DNA of 47,081 nucleotides, the filler included, from Jimgerdemannia flammicorona (lineage: Eukaryota): the NCBI GenBank assembly GCA_003990765.1. It is 2 parts of 2 records of this genome, joined end to end, with 100 filler letters (N's around TTAATTAATTAA, not from the genome) between each part and the next. Parts side by side here need not be neighbours in the genome. Positions count along the whole stretch, not along the records: positions 1 to 23,497 come from RBNJ01001100.1; 1 more part is not named here. One strand, written 5' to 3'. A model generated the notes under the pieces. It saw only the letters and a program-made list of their open reading frames with translations, made no database searches and was not told the origin of the DNA. Within the stretch, counting starts at the first letter, position 1, and every line of letters begins with the position of its first letter. This document shows, in pieces, positions 1 through 12,421 of this stretch. The position numbers were made by a program, and so were the translations under genes.

Positions 1-23
1 AAAAAAAAAAAAAAAAAAAAAAA
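1..23 (+). repeat. poly(A) run at contig start, interrupting the LINE RT domain
   Basis: 23 A's directly abut minus-strand RT codons RGVPQGDPLSPLL. Confidence 0.9.
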
Positions 24-2042
24 AGAGAAGAGGGGACAGTGGATCACCTTGAGGGACCCCTCTTTCCAAAGGAAATACCAGACCCTGGTGACTATTACAC
101 ATCAGTGCAGCTCTACTGCCCTCTAACAGATTCAATATAGAAACTCGAAATTGTGAGGGAACACCAATTCTATCAAGCACCTTGCCCAGCCAGACCCTCT
201 GAACCTGGTCATAGGCCTTCTCCTGGTCCAAAAAGACCAGTCTTCCATCCAATCCACAAGCCCATGTCTCTTCAATGATACTGTGCACCTAGGCAGTCTC
301 ATCTCTGATAAGCTGACCACTAACAAAACCCTGCTGCTCCTCACCCAGCACCTACTGGGCCACCTTCTGTAGCCTTGCAACAATCATCTTAGTCACTATC
401 TTCCTGTCTATATCCAGGAGCATGATTAGTCTCCAGTTCTTCCAGTCTTCTCTTCTTCCCTTGTCTTTATACAGTAAGGCCACCAGCCCCAGGTCCTGCT
501 CTCTGACCCACTTGCCCTTCAGAAGGATATAGTCACAGAGGGCTGCCATCTCTCCTAACACTCCAGGGACCTTTGCCATCTTCTTCCAAAAGTCCCATGG
601 GAGCCCATCCTCACCCAGTGCTGTTCTGAGCTTTGTCATCACAAGAACTCTCTAGACTTCCTCCTCTTGGACCAGTAGGACCAAGTCACCAAGGCTCTCT
701 ACATGCAGCAGGTCCCATTCCTTCAGCATGTTGCCAATCTCCTCTTCATCAGCACCCCCTTCCTCCTCACTCCACACTCCCCTCCATCTCTCCTTCAGAA
801 TCCTCAAGATCTGTTATATGCCATGCACTATACCCCTTCTGCATCAAGGACCCCATCCCACCTATGCTGTACCCTCCAGGCTTGGAGGAGCCTTGACAGA
901 TATCTAGTAGGATGCTCTCCCTCCTCCAGCCCATGCCATCATAACCTGGCAGCCATTCCTTTCATATGAATCTCTTTCTTCTCTCACAATATCTGTTGCA
1001 GCTCCACTACCTCCAATCTTACTCATTCTGGCCTCCAATCCTCCACCTCTACAGAAGAAAGCAAATCAGCCAATTTTCTCTACAATCTCAATAGCCTATC
1101 AAAAGTACACTGAATCCTCTTCCTTCTCTGCCTCCCCATCTCCCTACCAGCTTCTCCCCAATAAACCCTGGTAGTCTCCTTCAGTCTCATCTATTGAACA
1201 CCCACAGACAAACCCTTATGAATCCAGGTAGTAATCTTCACCTGGATATCCTCTACCTATGGGTCCCACAGCACCTTCTCAGCCAGCAGGGAGGAGTTAA
1301 GGCACTAATGTCTGGGTCCATCTCTACTCCCCCCAAACCGCCTCTGCCCTGATAGCCCCCAGTGATCAGACCATGAGCACCACTCTACCTCCAAAGACCT
1401 CCAAACATCAACACTCCAACATTCAGCCATCAGCATCCAGTCAATCCTCATACTCAGTCCATTCATCCAGTATGTGTAGACCCTTGTGTTGCCCCACATT
1501 GTTCTACCCACATCTCTTAAAGAGCTAAGGTTCTCTACCTCCTCTCATGCATCTAGGCCACCACTTCTCCCACCCACACTTCTCCCTCCATCAGTCCTAT
1601 CTAGCTGCAGATCCTGCACCATATTAAAGTCACCTCCCAGAATATCTACTCCTTCCTCCAAGAGAATGCCCTCCTCCAGCAAATTCCTGATCCACTCTAT
1701 CCTCTCACCCCTAACCACAGGGCAATAGCAGGAGCCAACCTTCACTGGCTTCCACCCAGGCTGATGCCACTTCCCTCAGATCAAGCAGTCCCCCCAACTC
1801 CCAATGTCCCCCAAATCCCCTCTACCCTTCCTTACCAGAATCACCACTTTGCCAATCCAAGCAGTAGCTCTACCCCATTCTCTAGTCCACTCTGCCTGAT
1901 CCTTGACCTCTTCACACTGGACATCCTGCAGTAAAAATAGATCAGTCTCCAATCCTTTAAGCCAAGTAAAAATGTTCTTATGTCGCCCAGAGCCCCATAA
2001 CCCATTCACATTCAGAGAGAAAATGTTAGTTGTACTGTTCAT
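24..2042 (-). pseudogene. LINE ORF2 (apurinic-type endonuclease + reverse transcriptase), disrupted
   Basis: ORF pieces 1776-2042, 1545-1745, 1305-1511 and 352-642 carry EN/RT motifs separated by stops and frameshifts. Confidence 0.9.
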
Positions 2043-2073
2043 AAGGAATAATATTGATTATCAGTCCTATTCT

Positions 2074-3360
2074 CTACAAATCTACATTCAACTCCTCCTG
2101 TGCAAAGTCCAAGTCATGTTCCACAGTCAGTACCTTCTCTTCAGCCACCTGTGCCTCCAATCTCACCAGAAGTTCAGCCATCACTCCATCCTCTTTCTCC
2201 TCGAAGTCCTCACAATATTCCAGATATGCCTCCTACCAGAGTTGTAATCCATGACGCTCTGCTCAACAGTAGGCAGCCCACTCCCCAGCAACAACCACCA
2301 GCTCAGCCTCTCTCATCTTATCAACCTCATATCCCTCTTTCTCCAAGAAGATCGCAAGTATCTCTGCCTTCAGAGCCTCCACAACCCCATCTTCACACAG
2401 AATCCTTGCCTAATGCTCCTCAGGCATTATATATAGGTCCACTTCCCCCAACTCCTCAGCTGTGAAATTGTCCATCATCTTACTTATTCACAGCAGGTTC
2501 TCCACCTCCTTCCCTCCAGGTATCTCTGGCCTCCCTGCATTCAGCATCATGGTATCTGCTCCTATACTAGCAGCCTCATCCCACTCCTCCTCCGGGACAT
2601 CCACTAGCTTGTCCTCACTAACTGCCACCACCTGGCCCCCTTTAGCCACATTGGAGACACCAAAGTGTACTCACTGGGCAGCCCGCATCAGCACATCCTC
2701 TACTGCCCCCCTTTTCACAACTGGGCCCCTCCTGATAAGAGGGGGGGAAGTGCTGTCCAAATCCTCCTCCCAGACTTCAAATGTACCATCTGCATAAGGG
2801 TCCTTGCTTGGCAACTTCCCATTCTCATCCATGTTTGCCTCTACCCCTCCTCTGTCTTTACTAGCTCAGACACTAGCTTTGACACCCCCAGACTCCACAG
2901 CCCCACCATCTTCTTCTTTGCCACCCTTTTATGCTCACCAGCAACTCCCACTGCCTCTTGCACCCTTGAGCCCTCTCCCACTGCCTCTTGTCAGTGCGAA
3001 TATGCTTCCCATCAACAATCTCCAAGTGTGTCGACTCCATATATACCTTCCAGGCCTTTGTCCACTGCTTGACTGCCCCACTCAACTTCTCCAGTACCTC
3101 CAGCAAGTCCTCCTCCTCCTTCTCACTTCTCTTCACTCTTGACACCTTATAGCCAAAAGCCCCCACATTAATACTGAGGGCCAGTCACTCAGCTTCCCTG
3201 TGGCCTCCCTCCCAGCCAGTTGAAGTCTGACATTAATATTGCCTATCCTAAAGGTAGTTCCTTCCCACACCTGGAAGCCGATATCTACCACATCACCATA
3301 CTTGGCCATCACCTTCTCTACCCTCCTCCTAGTCTCAACCTTCATCACTATAGGCACCCC
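2074..3360 (-). pseudogene. LINE ORF1 C-terminal part, disrupted
   Basis: GVPIVMKVETRRRVEKVMAKYGDVVDIGFQ and EKEEEDLLEVLEKL match ORF1 of copy 2; cut at 3360 by an LTR. Confidence 0.85.
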
Positions 3361-4150
3361 TATAATAGAACGAAAGAGCGCAAACAGATGGGATGCGATG
3401 AGACAAGTGATCACATGACCCGGTGATGATGTCATCATATGATCGAGCACAACATATGAATAGCGAGTGACAAATGAACGGACAATGCGAAACGATGTAG
3501 AAAATGATATCCAGCTTATCCCCAACAATCGGCACCACAGCAATCAGTTGCCACAGCAGCTGATCATTACCTAGTAATTGAGGTCCTGATCACAAAGTTG
3601 TTCTTTGCCAAAAACCACCTAACAAAGGTCGTGATCACAAACCTCATTATAGTTACCAAATTAGTCACTCATACTTAGTCAGAAATTGCAGACCAACTTG
3701 TATAAATACCCCCCAGTTCTCATCCAAAATAAAGCAGTTTTAGTTCAGTCCTTGATATAAGAATCAAGTCCCCCCCACATACATACATTCCCCTGAGTTT
3801 TAGTAATGACACCTAAGTGACTCTAGTGTTTCTGACTAAACTCCAGAAACCTAGCTAACTTCTGTCCAAACTGAGACTGGTATATAAATCCCCAAAGACT
3901 TAAGTAGACTCATTGAACCTAAATTCCAAGGCAAATTCAGTCTGTGCACAACAAGAAACAAGACCCTTGAAATAGGGCACAAGAGAAAGACCTTTGAAAC
4001 AGAAGGCACTGCCACTACAACTACTTATAAGTAAGCACTTCCTCAAACTGAAGGCTTCTTGGTACACATTGTGTACTAAGTCCCTAAGTAATAGTCCACT
4101 TCTCTAATTATCCAAAGGATAAGAGAGGGGTAGAAGTGAGAGTTATTACA
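3361..4150 (+). repeat. 5' LTR of Gypsy A (790 bp)
   Basis: Termini TATAATAG (mutated TGTAATAG)...TTATTACA; TATAAATA at ~3701; end-to-end homology to the solo LTR at 21733-22528; followed by a PBS. Confidence 0.92.
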
Positions 4151-4153
4151 ACT

Positions 4154-4165
4154 TGGTAGCAGCAG
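4154..4165 (+). promoter_or_regulatory. Primer binding site, probably initiator tRNA-Met
   Basis: TGGTAGCAGCAG 3 nt after the LTR end; identical to the PBS of Gypsy B. Confidence 0.75.
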
Positions 4166-4251
4166 ATTACCAGCCAAGAAGATACCAGAGAATATACTCC
4201 TGAAGTTGGAACAAGACCAACCTTGGACAGGAGTAACCCCCAGAATCAACT

Positions 4252-6030
4252 GTGGATCTCCAAACCAGAGCCAGAGAAGCCCTTACCATTAGGACCAGGT
4301 GGTACCAGGAAACCACAGACATAGGGACCCGCCAGCTTATAATTGACCAGGCTTACAAGGATCTATACCAGGTCTTTAGGTCATACCACCCAGGACTTAG
4401 GAATATTGTTAACTGCCATAGGTTCTATGAACTCCTCCGAGGACACATTGGAACCACTAGGACCCCAGAATCTACTGCTGCAGTCACCCAGGATTTTCTA
4501 GATTATATCACACCCCCTGCTACAAGAGAAGCAGCTGCTGAGTGGATTGCCTCTGACAGATATCATCATACCCCTACCAAGACCTCCCTCTACTACAGGC
4601 TAGTTATATACTACACCTCTGCCATAACCAGATACGAGAACAAGCAAGCAGGCCAATCATCCCCTACTGCTGAACAAGGAGCAGGCCCATCTACTCAGCC
4701 AGAGACTGATATCCTCTTTGAAGGACCTAGCCAGTATGAGGATACACTATCTCATCAGGGAAGAGAGTCAGACAAAGACTCTACAGATTACCAGTCTGAC
4801 AATAGCCAACAAGGAACAGCAGGTCTAGGAATTTACCAAGGGACTACAGATCAAGAAGATCAGACCCCAGAACCAACCCAGCCACCTATACAGAGGTTTG
4901 GTTTACCCTCTCTCACAGGACTCTTTGACTTAATATCCAGGAATCAAGTAACTCCAAATCATACAGCACCACAACCCCACCAAGCAGAACAATCTTCAGA
5001 AGAATCTACCCCAACAGGCCCACTACCAATAGTCAACACAATGGTAGATGCCAACATTACAGTACTGACCACCCAGCTAGCAGCACTAGCAGGAATAGTA
5101 GGACAGATTGCTGAACAGAACAAATCAACCAAGACCTTGTGAATCTCAACATTCAGTGGAAAAAACAGTGATATTGAAAACTTCATCAATGCAGTTGACA
5201 CAGGTTACCAAGCAAACCAATGGAATGACAACCAAGTACCTATAGGAATGCTTACAAACAACCAGAACAGCACCCTTCGACAACTGTTTGCCACATCAGC
5301 AGCACAAGTAGAAACAGTAGCCACATTCTTCACTGGAACAGCAGCCAAATTCTGGCAAACCTTGGAATAACACCCAGTAACCTGGGAAGCCCCCCTCAAG
5401 TCAATGGACAAGTACCTACCAACAATAGACCAGGTTGGGATGACTACGAGGCAGGCCCAGGACTCAAGGCCTTACTACTGACCAAATTCTGAAATGCAGC
5501 CTACATACAAGAAACTTGGAACAAACTGTCTCAGATGAAGTTCCACAAGAATGGCGAAGAAGATCTAGAGACCTTTGCCACCAGAATAGATGCCTACCTC
5601 AAAACTGTTGGACTTACCTACCAGGAGAACAATTTGGCCATCAATGGTACTAGAGCCAACTATCTCTTTACAGCTCTACCAGACTGGCTCACCCAGAAGT
5701 TCAAGGAACAAGGTCTTCCCCAAGGATATCCTCACTACTCATAGTGTTTTGCCCAAGTACAAAGAAGAGCCCACGAAATCCTTGCTGCACAAGCTCCACG
5801 AAATCAAGAACACAAGAAGGATAACCAAGATAGGAGGAATCCTACCAGGAGAAATGATCAAAGGAATGACCAAAGATATGATCAAAGGAATGATCAAAGG
5901 AACCAGTGAAACCCCAGAGGACCCAGACCTCCCACTGAGGATGAGAAGAAGCAGCTCCACAAAAAAGAATTGTGCTTTATTTGTAAGAAGGCAGGACACA
6001 TCTCATTCAGATGCCCTGAGAAGAAGAACA
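4252..6030 (+). pseudogene. Gypsy A gag with long N-terminal extension and CCHC knuckle
   Basis: 296-aa ORF 4252-5142 continues through stops into capsid-like sequence and CFICKKAGHISFRCP. Confidence 0.7.
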
Positions 6031-6109
6031 GAATAGGCGAACCCAGTAACCAGAACATTACTATTATTAGAGAAGGTCTAGGAAAGAAGAACTCCAAGAA
6101 TATCATCAA

Positions 6110-6520
6110 AGTACAGAAGATATGGTACAAGGCTACCATCCCCACTAAGGCCCACCCAACCAATGCTAGATATGATCTCTACAGCAGCCAAGACCTCACT
6201 ATTCCACCAAGTACCAATACTATAGTGCAAACAGGGATTGCAATGCAAGCCCCCAAAGATACATACATCCACCTTGCTGAGCAAAGCAGCCTAGCCAAAG
6301 AGTTCAACATTGGGCTAGGAGGAGGAGTAGTTGATCAAGAATTTACTGGTGAAATCTATGTCATCTTGCAAAATTTTGGAGACACATCATTTGAAGTCAA
6401 AATAGGCCAAAGGATTGCCCAAGCAATCATTGAAGAAATCCGTCAAGATCTCACCATTGAAAAAGTCCCCAAACTCTCCCAGACAGACTGTAGTAAGAAA
6501 GGGTTTGGATCTACCAACAA
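6110..6520 (+). pseudogene. dut: Trimeric dUTPase domain within the Gypsy A polyprotein
   Basis: ARYDLYS, QTGIAM, LAEQSSLA (degenerate RSG), GGVVDQEFTGEI, GQRIAQ, KGFGST: all five dUTPase motifs in order, in frame with the gag knuckle. Confidence 0.9.
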
Positions 6521-6839
6521 ACCTCCCAGTCAAAAGGTCACTACTATGAAGGAAGATGATGAAAACTGGTATAAGAGAATTGTAGATGGCTATGCACCAT
6601 ATAGATGATGCCTTCATTCTATTTAAATGTACTGCATAAAACATGTTAACGAATGCCATGCATGCCTCTTAAAGGTTTTCAAAATCAACTCTGAAAGAAA
6701 CCAAGCCCAACAGACTGAGGAATCCAAACAAGACAACCCGCCTTGTGAAGGATGGGGAGAAACTGACTTTGAGGAGACTGACAGCAATTGGGACAACAAT
6801 GAAGATGAAGAGCTCAATATCATCAAGAAGGAGGATAGT

Positions 6840-9800
6840 TACATCAAGTTCACAGGCCAAGTCCACAGACAGAATGTCAATATCTTGCTTGATAGTGGTG
6901 CTACTGGAAACTACATCAGCACCAAGACTGCTAAGAGGATTGGAGCCTGAAACAGACCAGCTACTGAGAAAAGAAGTGTTACCTTTGGTGATGGAAAAAC
7001 TGCATCATTGACTAAGATCTGCAAAGATCTTTTACTCAAGATTGGCAAATATCAAGAGAAGTTGGACTTCAGCATTGTAGACCTCTCAGGATAAGATATT
7101 ATCTTAGGAAAAGCCTGGTTGACCCAGCACAACCCAGACATCAACTGGAGAACCAATGAGGTTAACCTGACCCATGAAGGCAGAAAGATTACTCTGACTC
7201 CCCAGGAAGGTACCAACTACCAAGAAATTGAAATCATCTCTACCATTCAAATGAAGAGACTCTCTCGAAAAAAGGGAAACACCTACTTCATCTATATAGT
7301 ACAAGAAGTCACTGAAGCTACAAGTAGCCCAATTCCAATAGAAGCTCAAGAACTGTTCGAAGAATTCCAAGATATATTCCAAGACCCCCAAGGACTTCCA
7401 CCCAAGTACCAAATCCAACATGGAATTGATCTTATTCCAGAATCTGAACCCCCATACAAGAGTATCTACCAACTGACCCAATCTGAGCTCAAGACCCTCA
7501 AGGATGAATTGACCAAACTACTGGCCCAAGGATACATTGAACCCAGCTGCTCTCTATTTGGAGCCCCTATTCTATTTGTCAAGAAGAAGGATGGCTCTCT
7601 GTGAATATGTATTGACTACAGAGCCCTCAACAAGATCACTATCAAGAACTGGTATGCCTTGCCTAGGATTGACGAGTTGCTATACCAAATCTTCAAGGCC
7701 AAGACCTTTTCTCTACTGGACTTGTGAAATGGCTACCACCAGATTCTCATTGATGAGAAGGACATTGAGAAGACAGCTTTCTGAACATAGTTTGAACACT
7801 ACCAGTTCCAAGTCATGCCTTTTGGATTGATCAATGCTCCAGCAACATTTCAGTATCTGATGAATGACATCTTTAGACCACTTCTCAACATCTGTATCCT
7901 TGTGTATATTGATGATATACTAATCTATAGTGAGACAGTAGAGCTACACTACACCCATCTCAGACAGGTACTGATCCTCCTGCGAGAACACCAGCTCTAT
8001 ACTAAGATGAGCAAGTGTAAGTTCTATCAAGATCAGATCGAGTACTTAGGACACATCATCTCTGCTGAAGGTATCAATGTGGACTTCTGAAAGGTATCAG
8101 CCCTTAAGGATATCCCTATCCCTACTACCCTCAAGCTACTCTAGCACTTTCTGGGTATTGCTGGTTATTACTGAAGGTTTATCCAAGGATACTCTGCTAT
8201 TACAGCTCCATTAACCAGCCTGGCCAGCAAAGAAGTGATCATCAAAGCTGAATGGACCCCTGAATGCACCCTGGCTATGGACCATCTCAAGAGACTCCTT
8301 ACTGAGGCCCTAGTGCTAATTGCACCTAACTCTACCAGACCATTCACTCTGACCACAGATGCCTCTGACATTGCTATTGGAGTAGTACTCAGCTAAGAAG
8401 ACTGCCCAGTGGCCTACCTTTCCCAAAAGCTCAAGCCAGCTGAGACCCGGTATACCACCCATGAGAAGGAACTCTTGGCTATTGTCACTGCACTTCAGGA
8501 ATGGCACCATTTCCTCCTAGGACAGCTATTTGTGGCCTACACTGATCACCATGCTCCATAGTATATTCACATATAGCCCATGCTGACTCACAGACAAGCC
8601 CGCTGGATGGAAATCATTGCCAACTTTGATATATAAATCAAGTATATCCCAGGCAAAACCAACTGTATGGCTGATGGTTTCTCCAGATATATGGAAGATG
8701 AACTTGTCTTCATGGTCGAAGTAATTGGAGACCTTACCCAAATGATCAAGGATGGCTACCAGTAAGACAGCCCCCTGACAAATTTCCTTCAACTCTGCCA
8801 AGACCCAGAGGCTGAGGTCCCAGAACTCATGAGGCAAATGGCCAAGAGATTTACTTACCATAATGGACTTATCTACAGGGACCATGACAGAGTGGTTGTA
8901 CCCAACAATGATACTCTGTGACTCAAGATCATGCAGGAACTCCATGATACTCCTGCAGCAGGACACTTTGGTTTCAAAAAGATCTACAACCTCCTCTCAA
9001 GAGAGTTTTACTGGCCAAAGATGACCAAGGACATCAAAGACTTTGTGGCCTCATGCAAGATATGTCAAAGGTTCAAAAGTGGTAACAAGCTACCAGTAGG
9101 ACTCTTACAACCCTTGCCTATCCTGAGTCACAACTGGGACCAGATTACAATGGACTTCATTGTCCAACTCCCCAAGACCAAGGCAGGATGGGATGCCATT
9201 GTGGTATTTGTAGACCGCCTAAGTAAATAAGCCCATTTTGCACCCACCAAGACCACTGCTACAGTACTAGAGATTGCTGAGATTTTCCTCAATCAAGTAT
9301 TCAGACTACATGACATACCTAGCACTATTGTATCTGACCGAGATGCCAAGTTCACAAGCAACTTCTAGAAGGAATTTTTCTCCCTCCATGGAACCCAGCT
9401 GAAGTTCTCTACTGCCTACCACTCTCAGACTGATGGTCAAACCAAGTGAACCAACAGGACTCTCAAACAGATGCTTAGCATCTTCTACTGTTACAAGCAA
9501 AATAATTGGGATAAGTACCTAGCCCATGCTGAGTTTACCTACAACAACAGTCAGCAAATCTCCACAAAGAAGACTCTATTTTTCCTAAACCATGGTCAAC
9601 ACTCAAGGAGCCTGAGTACTACTGTGAAATCAGCAGTCCCAGCAGCCCAAGATCTGGCTGAGACTATTTCTGACCTTACCCAAATGACAAGAGATACTCT
9701 CATAGAAGCACAAGACTACCAGACCAAGTATGTGAACTTGAAGCAAAGAGAAGCCTCCTACAATATTGGTGACATGGTCATGCTTAAAACAGACCACCTC

Positions 9801-10181
9801 CACCCAGACATCCTGGCACAACAACCAGCCAAGAAACTCCATGCTAGAAGAATTGGACTATATAAGATTGTGGAAAAAATCAGCAAAGTCAACTACAAGT
9901 TGCAACTTCCTCACAATATCTGTGTACACCCAGTATTCCATATCAGCCAATTGGTGAACTACCATGAGAACCCATTCCCTGAGCATATAGTTCCACCACC
10001 ACTCCCAATTAGGATCAACCATCATAAGGAATTCAAAATTGAGGAAGTACTTGACCACAAGGTCTGCAAATATCCCAAAACAGTCAAGCAGTTTTTCCTG
10101 GTCAAGTGGAAGGGTTACCCCACCCATAATGCCACCTGGGAAAAAGAAGAAGCCCTGAAGAATATATGTAAAGCTCTCTAG
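6840..10181 (+). pseudogene. Gypsy A pol: protease, RT, RNase H, integrase, chromodomain
   Basis: LLDSGATGNY; FVKKKDGSL, MPFGLINAPATFQ, VYIDDILI; TDASD; HDTPAAGHFG...CKICQ, ITMDFI; VHPVFHISQL; FKIEEVLDH..FLVKWKGYP..NATWE. Confidence 0.93.
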
Positions 10182-10651
10182 GACTACATGGAAACACTCA
10201 CCCCCCAGCAAAGGAAGAAACTACAGCTCTAAGTATTAGAGTGCATAGTGAGCAGAAGGATACTACATATTTTATCCAGAAATATATAATACTGAACATT
10301 GCAGAAAAAGGAACACTATGGATAACCAACAAGAAGATATCCGAGCAAAAGAACAATCTAGTACAGTACAGCAAAACACATTTGAACAACTCCATTTCAC
10401 ACCATCTGTGTCATCTCTGCTGGATGATGACAGATGCTTCATATGGAACTTAGAAAAGCTGACAATGTCAAAACTAGTCAAAGTCCATCCACATGACAGA
10501 TATTGTTACTAGGAATTGCTTCGGATTACAAGAAAGTCTATTTCTAAGAGATTTGAACCCCCAGCCACGACAATGGGAGCCCTTGCCCTAGACAAGGATG
10601 GCCAGTCCTTGCAAATATGCCAACCAGACAAAAAAAAAGTAGACCAAGACC

Positions 10652-10827
10652 TGTTAACCCTGTGTAATTATAACTATGAGTGATGAGATCTTTGAAATCA
10701 GGATTTTCTCATGTGACTAGCACATGCCCCGCTTATAGCAACAGGTCATACATTTTATCAAAAGTGTGACCAAAGGAAGGTCACATCAGATGGATGAATA
10801 AGTATAAATACCCTAGGCAAGAATACC
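10652..10827 (+). repeat. Possible 5' fragment of a third LTR family, cut by LINE copy 2
   Basis: Starts TGT, carries TCACAT/ATGTGA motifs and GTATAAATACCC like the other LTRs; not homologous to the Gypsy A LTR. Confidence 0.35.
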
Positions 10828-12421
10828 CATTTTTCTCTGCTACAATTCATATTATACACACTTTTACAACATAATTTCAAGTCGTTTATTGGAAAAAGAT
10901 ATTATGGTAATGTCGACCAGTAAGCAAGCTGACATGCATACTAGGTCAGGTGGACCTGGGGCCTTCAACTGGCAGCATGTTGAGAGAGGGTATAGAATGG
11001 AGATGGGGTCTTTCAGTGGCTCAGGTGGGCAGGGCAGCTTGGGTAGTGGAAGCAGCTCTGGTGGGGGGGCTGGAGGGCAGCAGAGAAGGAGCTTTGCAGA
11101 TATGCTGAGGACAGGAGGTTGGCCGATGGGAGATTATAGTGGCCAGTTAGGAGGAAAGAGAAAGAAGAAGGCTGGGAATACTGGGGGAGCTGGGCCTTCA
11201 TCGGTGGGAGGTGGAGGAAGTGGAGTAGCTGCTGGGGGTAGTGGCGGGACTACTGATAGTGGTGTGACAGTGAATCAGGAAAAAAAAAGAGATGTGATGG
11301 CAGATGACCAGGGGGGGCAGGGGTTCCTGATGGGGAAGGGGAACCTGGTGGATGGTGTAATGGGACTGGCAGTAGCCCCATTACTCAAGAAGTTGATTTC
11401 AGAGTTCGTGGCGACCCTATGCTTCCAGGGCTTGGCAGTGATGGCAAGGATAGTCCTGGGGCTTGTTTCGAAGCAGGTGGCTGGGGCAGCCTCGGTGAAA
11501 TTCTTGAAGGGTCTGGAGGGGGTTGAGGTGGGCTTTGAGGAGGTAGGCCTACTGGATGAGGCCCTGAAGACTGGAGTGGTAGTTGGGGGGGTGGCAGTCT
11601 CCATGGTGAGGTGCTTGAGGTGGGACCCTAGGGTGGTGCAGCTTCTGGTGAGGGGGGTGCCCATGGTGACTAAGGAGGAGACTAGGAGGAGAGTGGAGGA
11701 GGTGATGGTAGAGTATGGTGATGTGGTAGACATTGGCTTTCAGATGTGAGAGGGGATAACCATCAGGACAGGCAATGTCAATGTCAGGATTCAGCTGGCG
11801 GGGAAGGAGGCCACTGGGAAGATGAGTAACTGGCCCTCGGTGCTGATGTGGGGGGCTTTCATCTGTAAGATGTTGAGGGTGAAAGGGAGTGAAGAGGAGG
11901 AGGAGGACTTGTTAGAGGCACTGGAGGAGTTGAGTGGTGCTGTAGAGAGGAGGGTGAAAGCCTGGAGGCTGTATGAGGAGTCAATACATCTGGAGGTTGT
12001 GGATGGAAAGTGTATCCATACTGACAGAAAGCAGTGGGAGCAGGCCCAGGGACACAAGAGGCAGAGGAAGCTGTTGGCAAGTATGATAGGTGGGGTGATG
12101 AAGAAGGCAGTTGGAGCTGGAGAGTCTGGAGGTATCAAAGCCAGTGTCTGGGCTAGCAAAGAAGGAGAGGAGGTAGAGGCGAATGAGGCAGGGGCTGGGA
12201 AGATCCTGGACAAGGACCCATTTGCTGACAGCACCTTCAAAGTTTGGGAGCAGGAGATAGATGCTACCCCCCCCCCTCTTATCAGGAGGGGCCCGGCTGG
12301 GAAAAGAGGGACAACAGAGGATGTGCTGATGTAGGGAACCCAGCGAGTGCACTTTGGGGTCCCTGATGTAATGAAAGGGGGCCAGGTGGTGGTGGTTGGT
12401 GAGGATGAGTTGGTGGATGTC

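Larger units (their letters stand above)
24..3360 (-). mobile_element. Degenerate non-LTR retrotransposon (L1/Tx1-like LINE), copy 1, truncated at both ends in this contig
   Basis: APE endonuclease start MNSTTNIFSLNVNGL...LFLLQD, GGDFN and SDH motifs; RT motifs GEDGLPWDFWKK, NWRLIMLLDID.K, LDQEKAYD, GVPQGDPLSP; collinear with LINE copy 2 (10828-23497). Confidence 0.92.
3361..10650 (+). mobile_element. Ty3/Gypsy chromovirus A with dUTPase (5' LTR and internal region; 3' LTR not in contig)
   Basis: LTR, PBS, gag zinc knuckle, dUTPase, PR, RT, RNase H, integrase and chromodomain in Gypsy order. Confidence 0.92.

Noticed and set aside
633..3142. Many Pro/Ser/Leu-rich plus-strand ORFs
   Set aside because: They are antisense shadows of the G-rich LINE coding strand.
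10579..10616. U6 snRNA fragment (GCCC..CAAGGATG..GCAAAT resemblance)
   Set aside because: The match is short and gapped, and no ACAGAGA box is present.
10675..10700. Hammerhead ribozyme (TGATGAG...GAAA)
   Set aside because: It lacks the CTGA core and convincing flanking helices.
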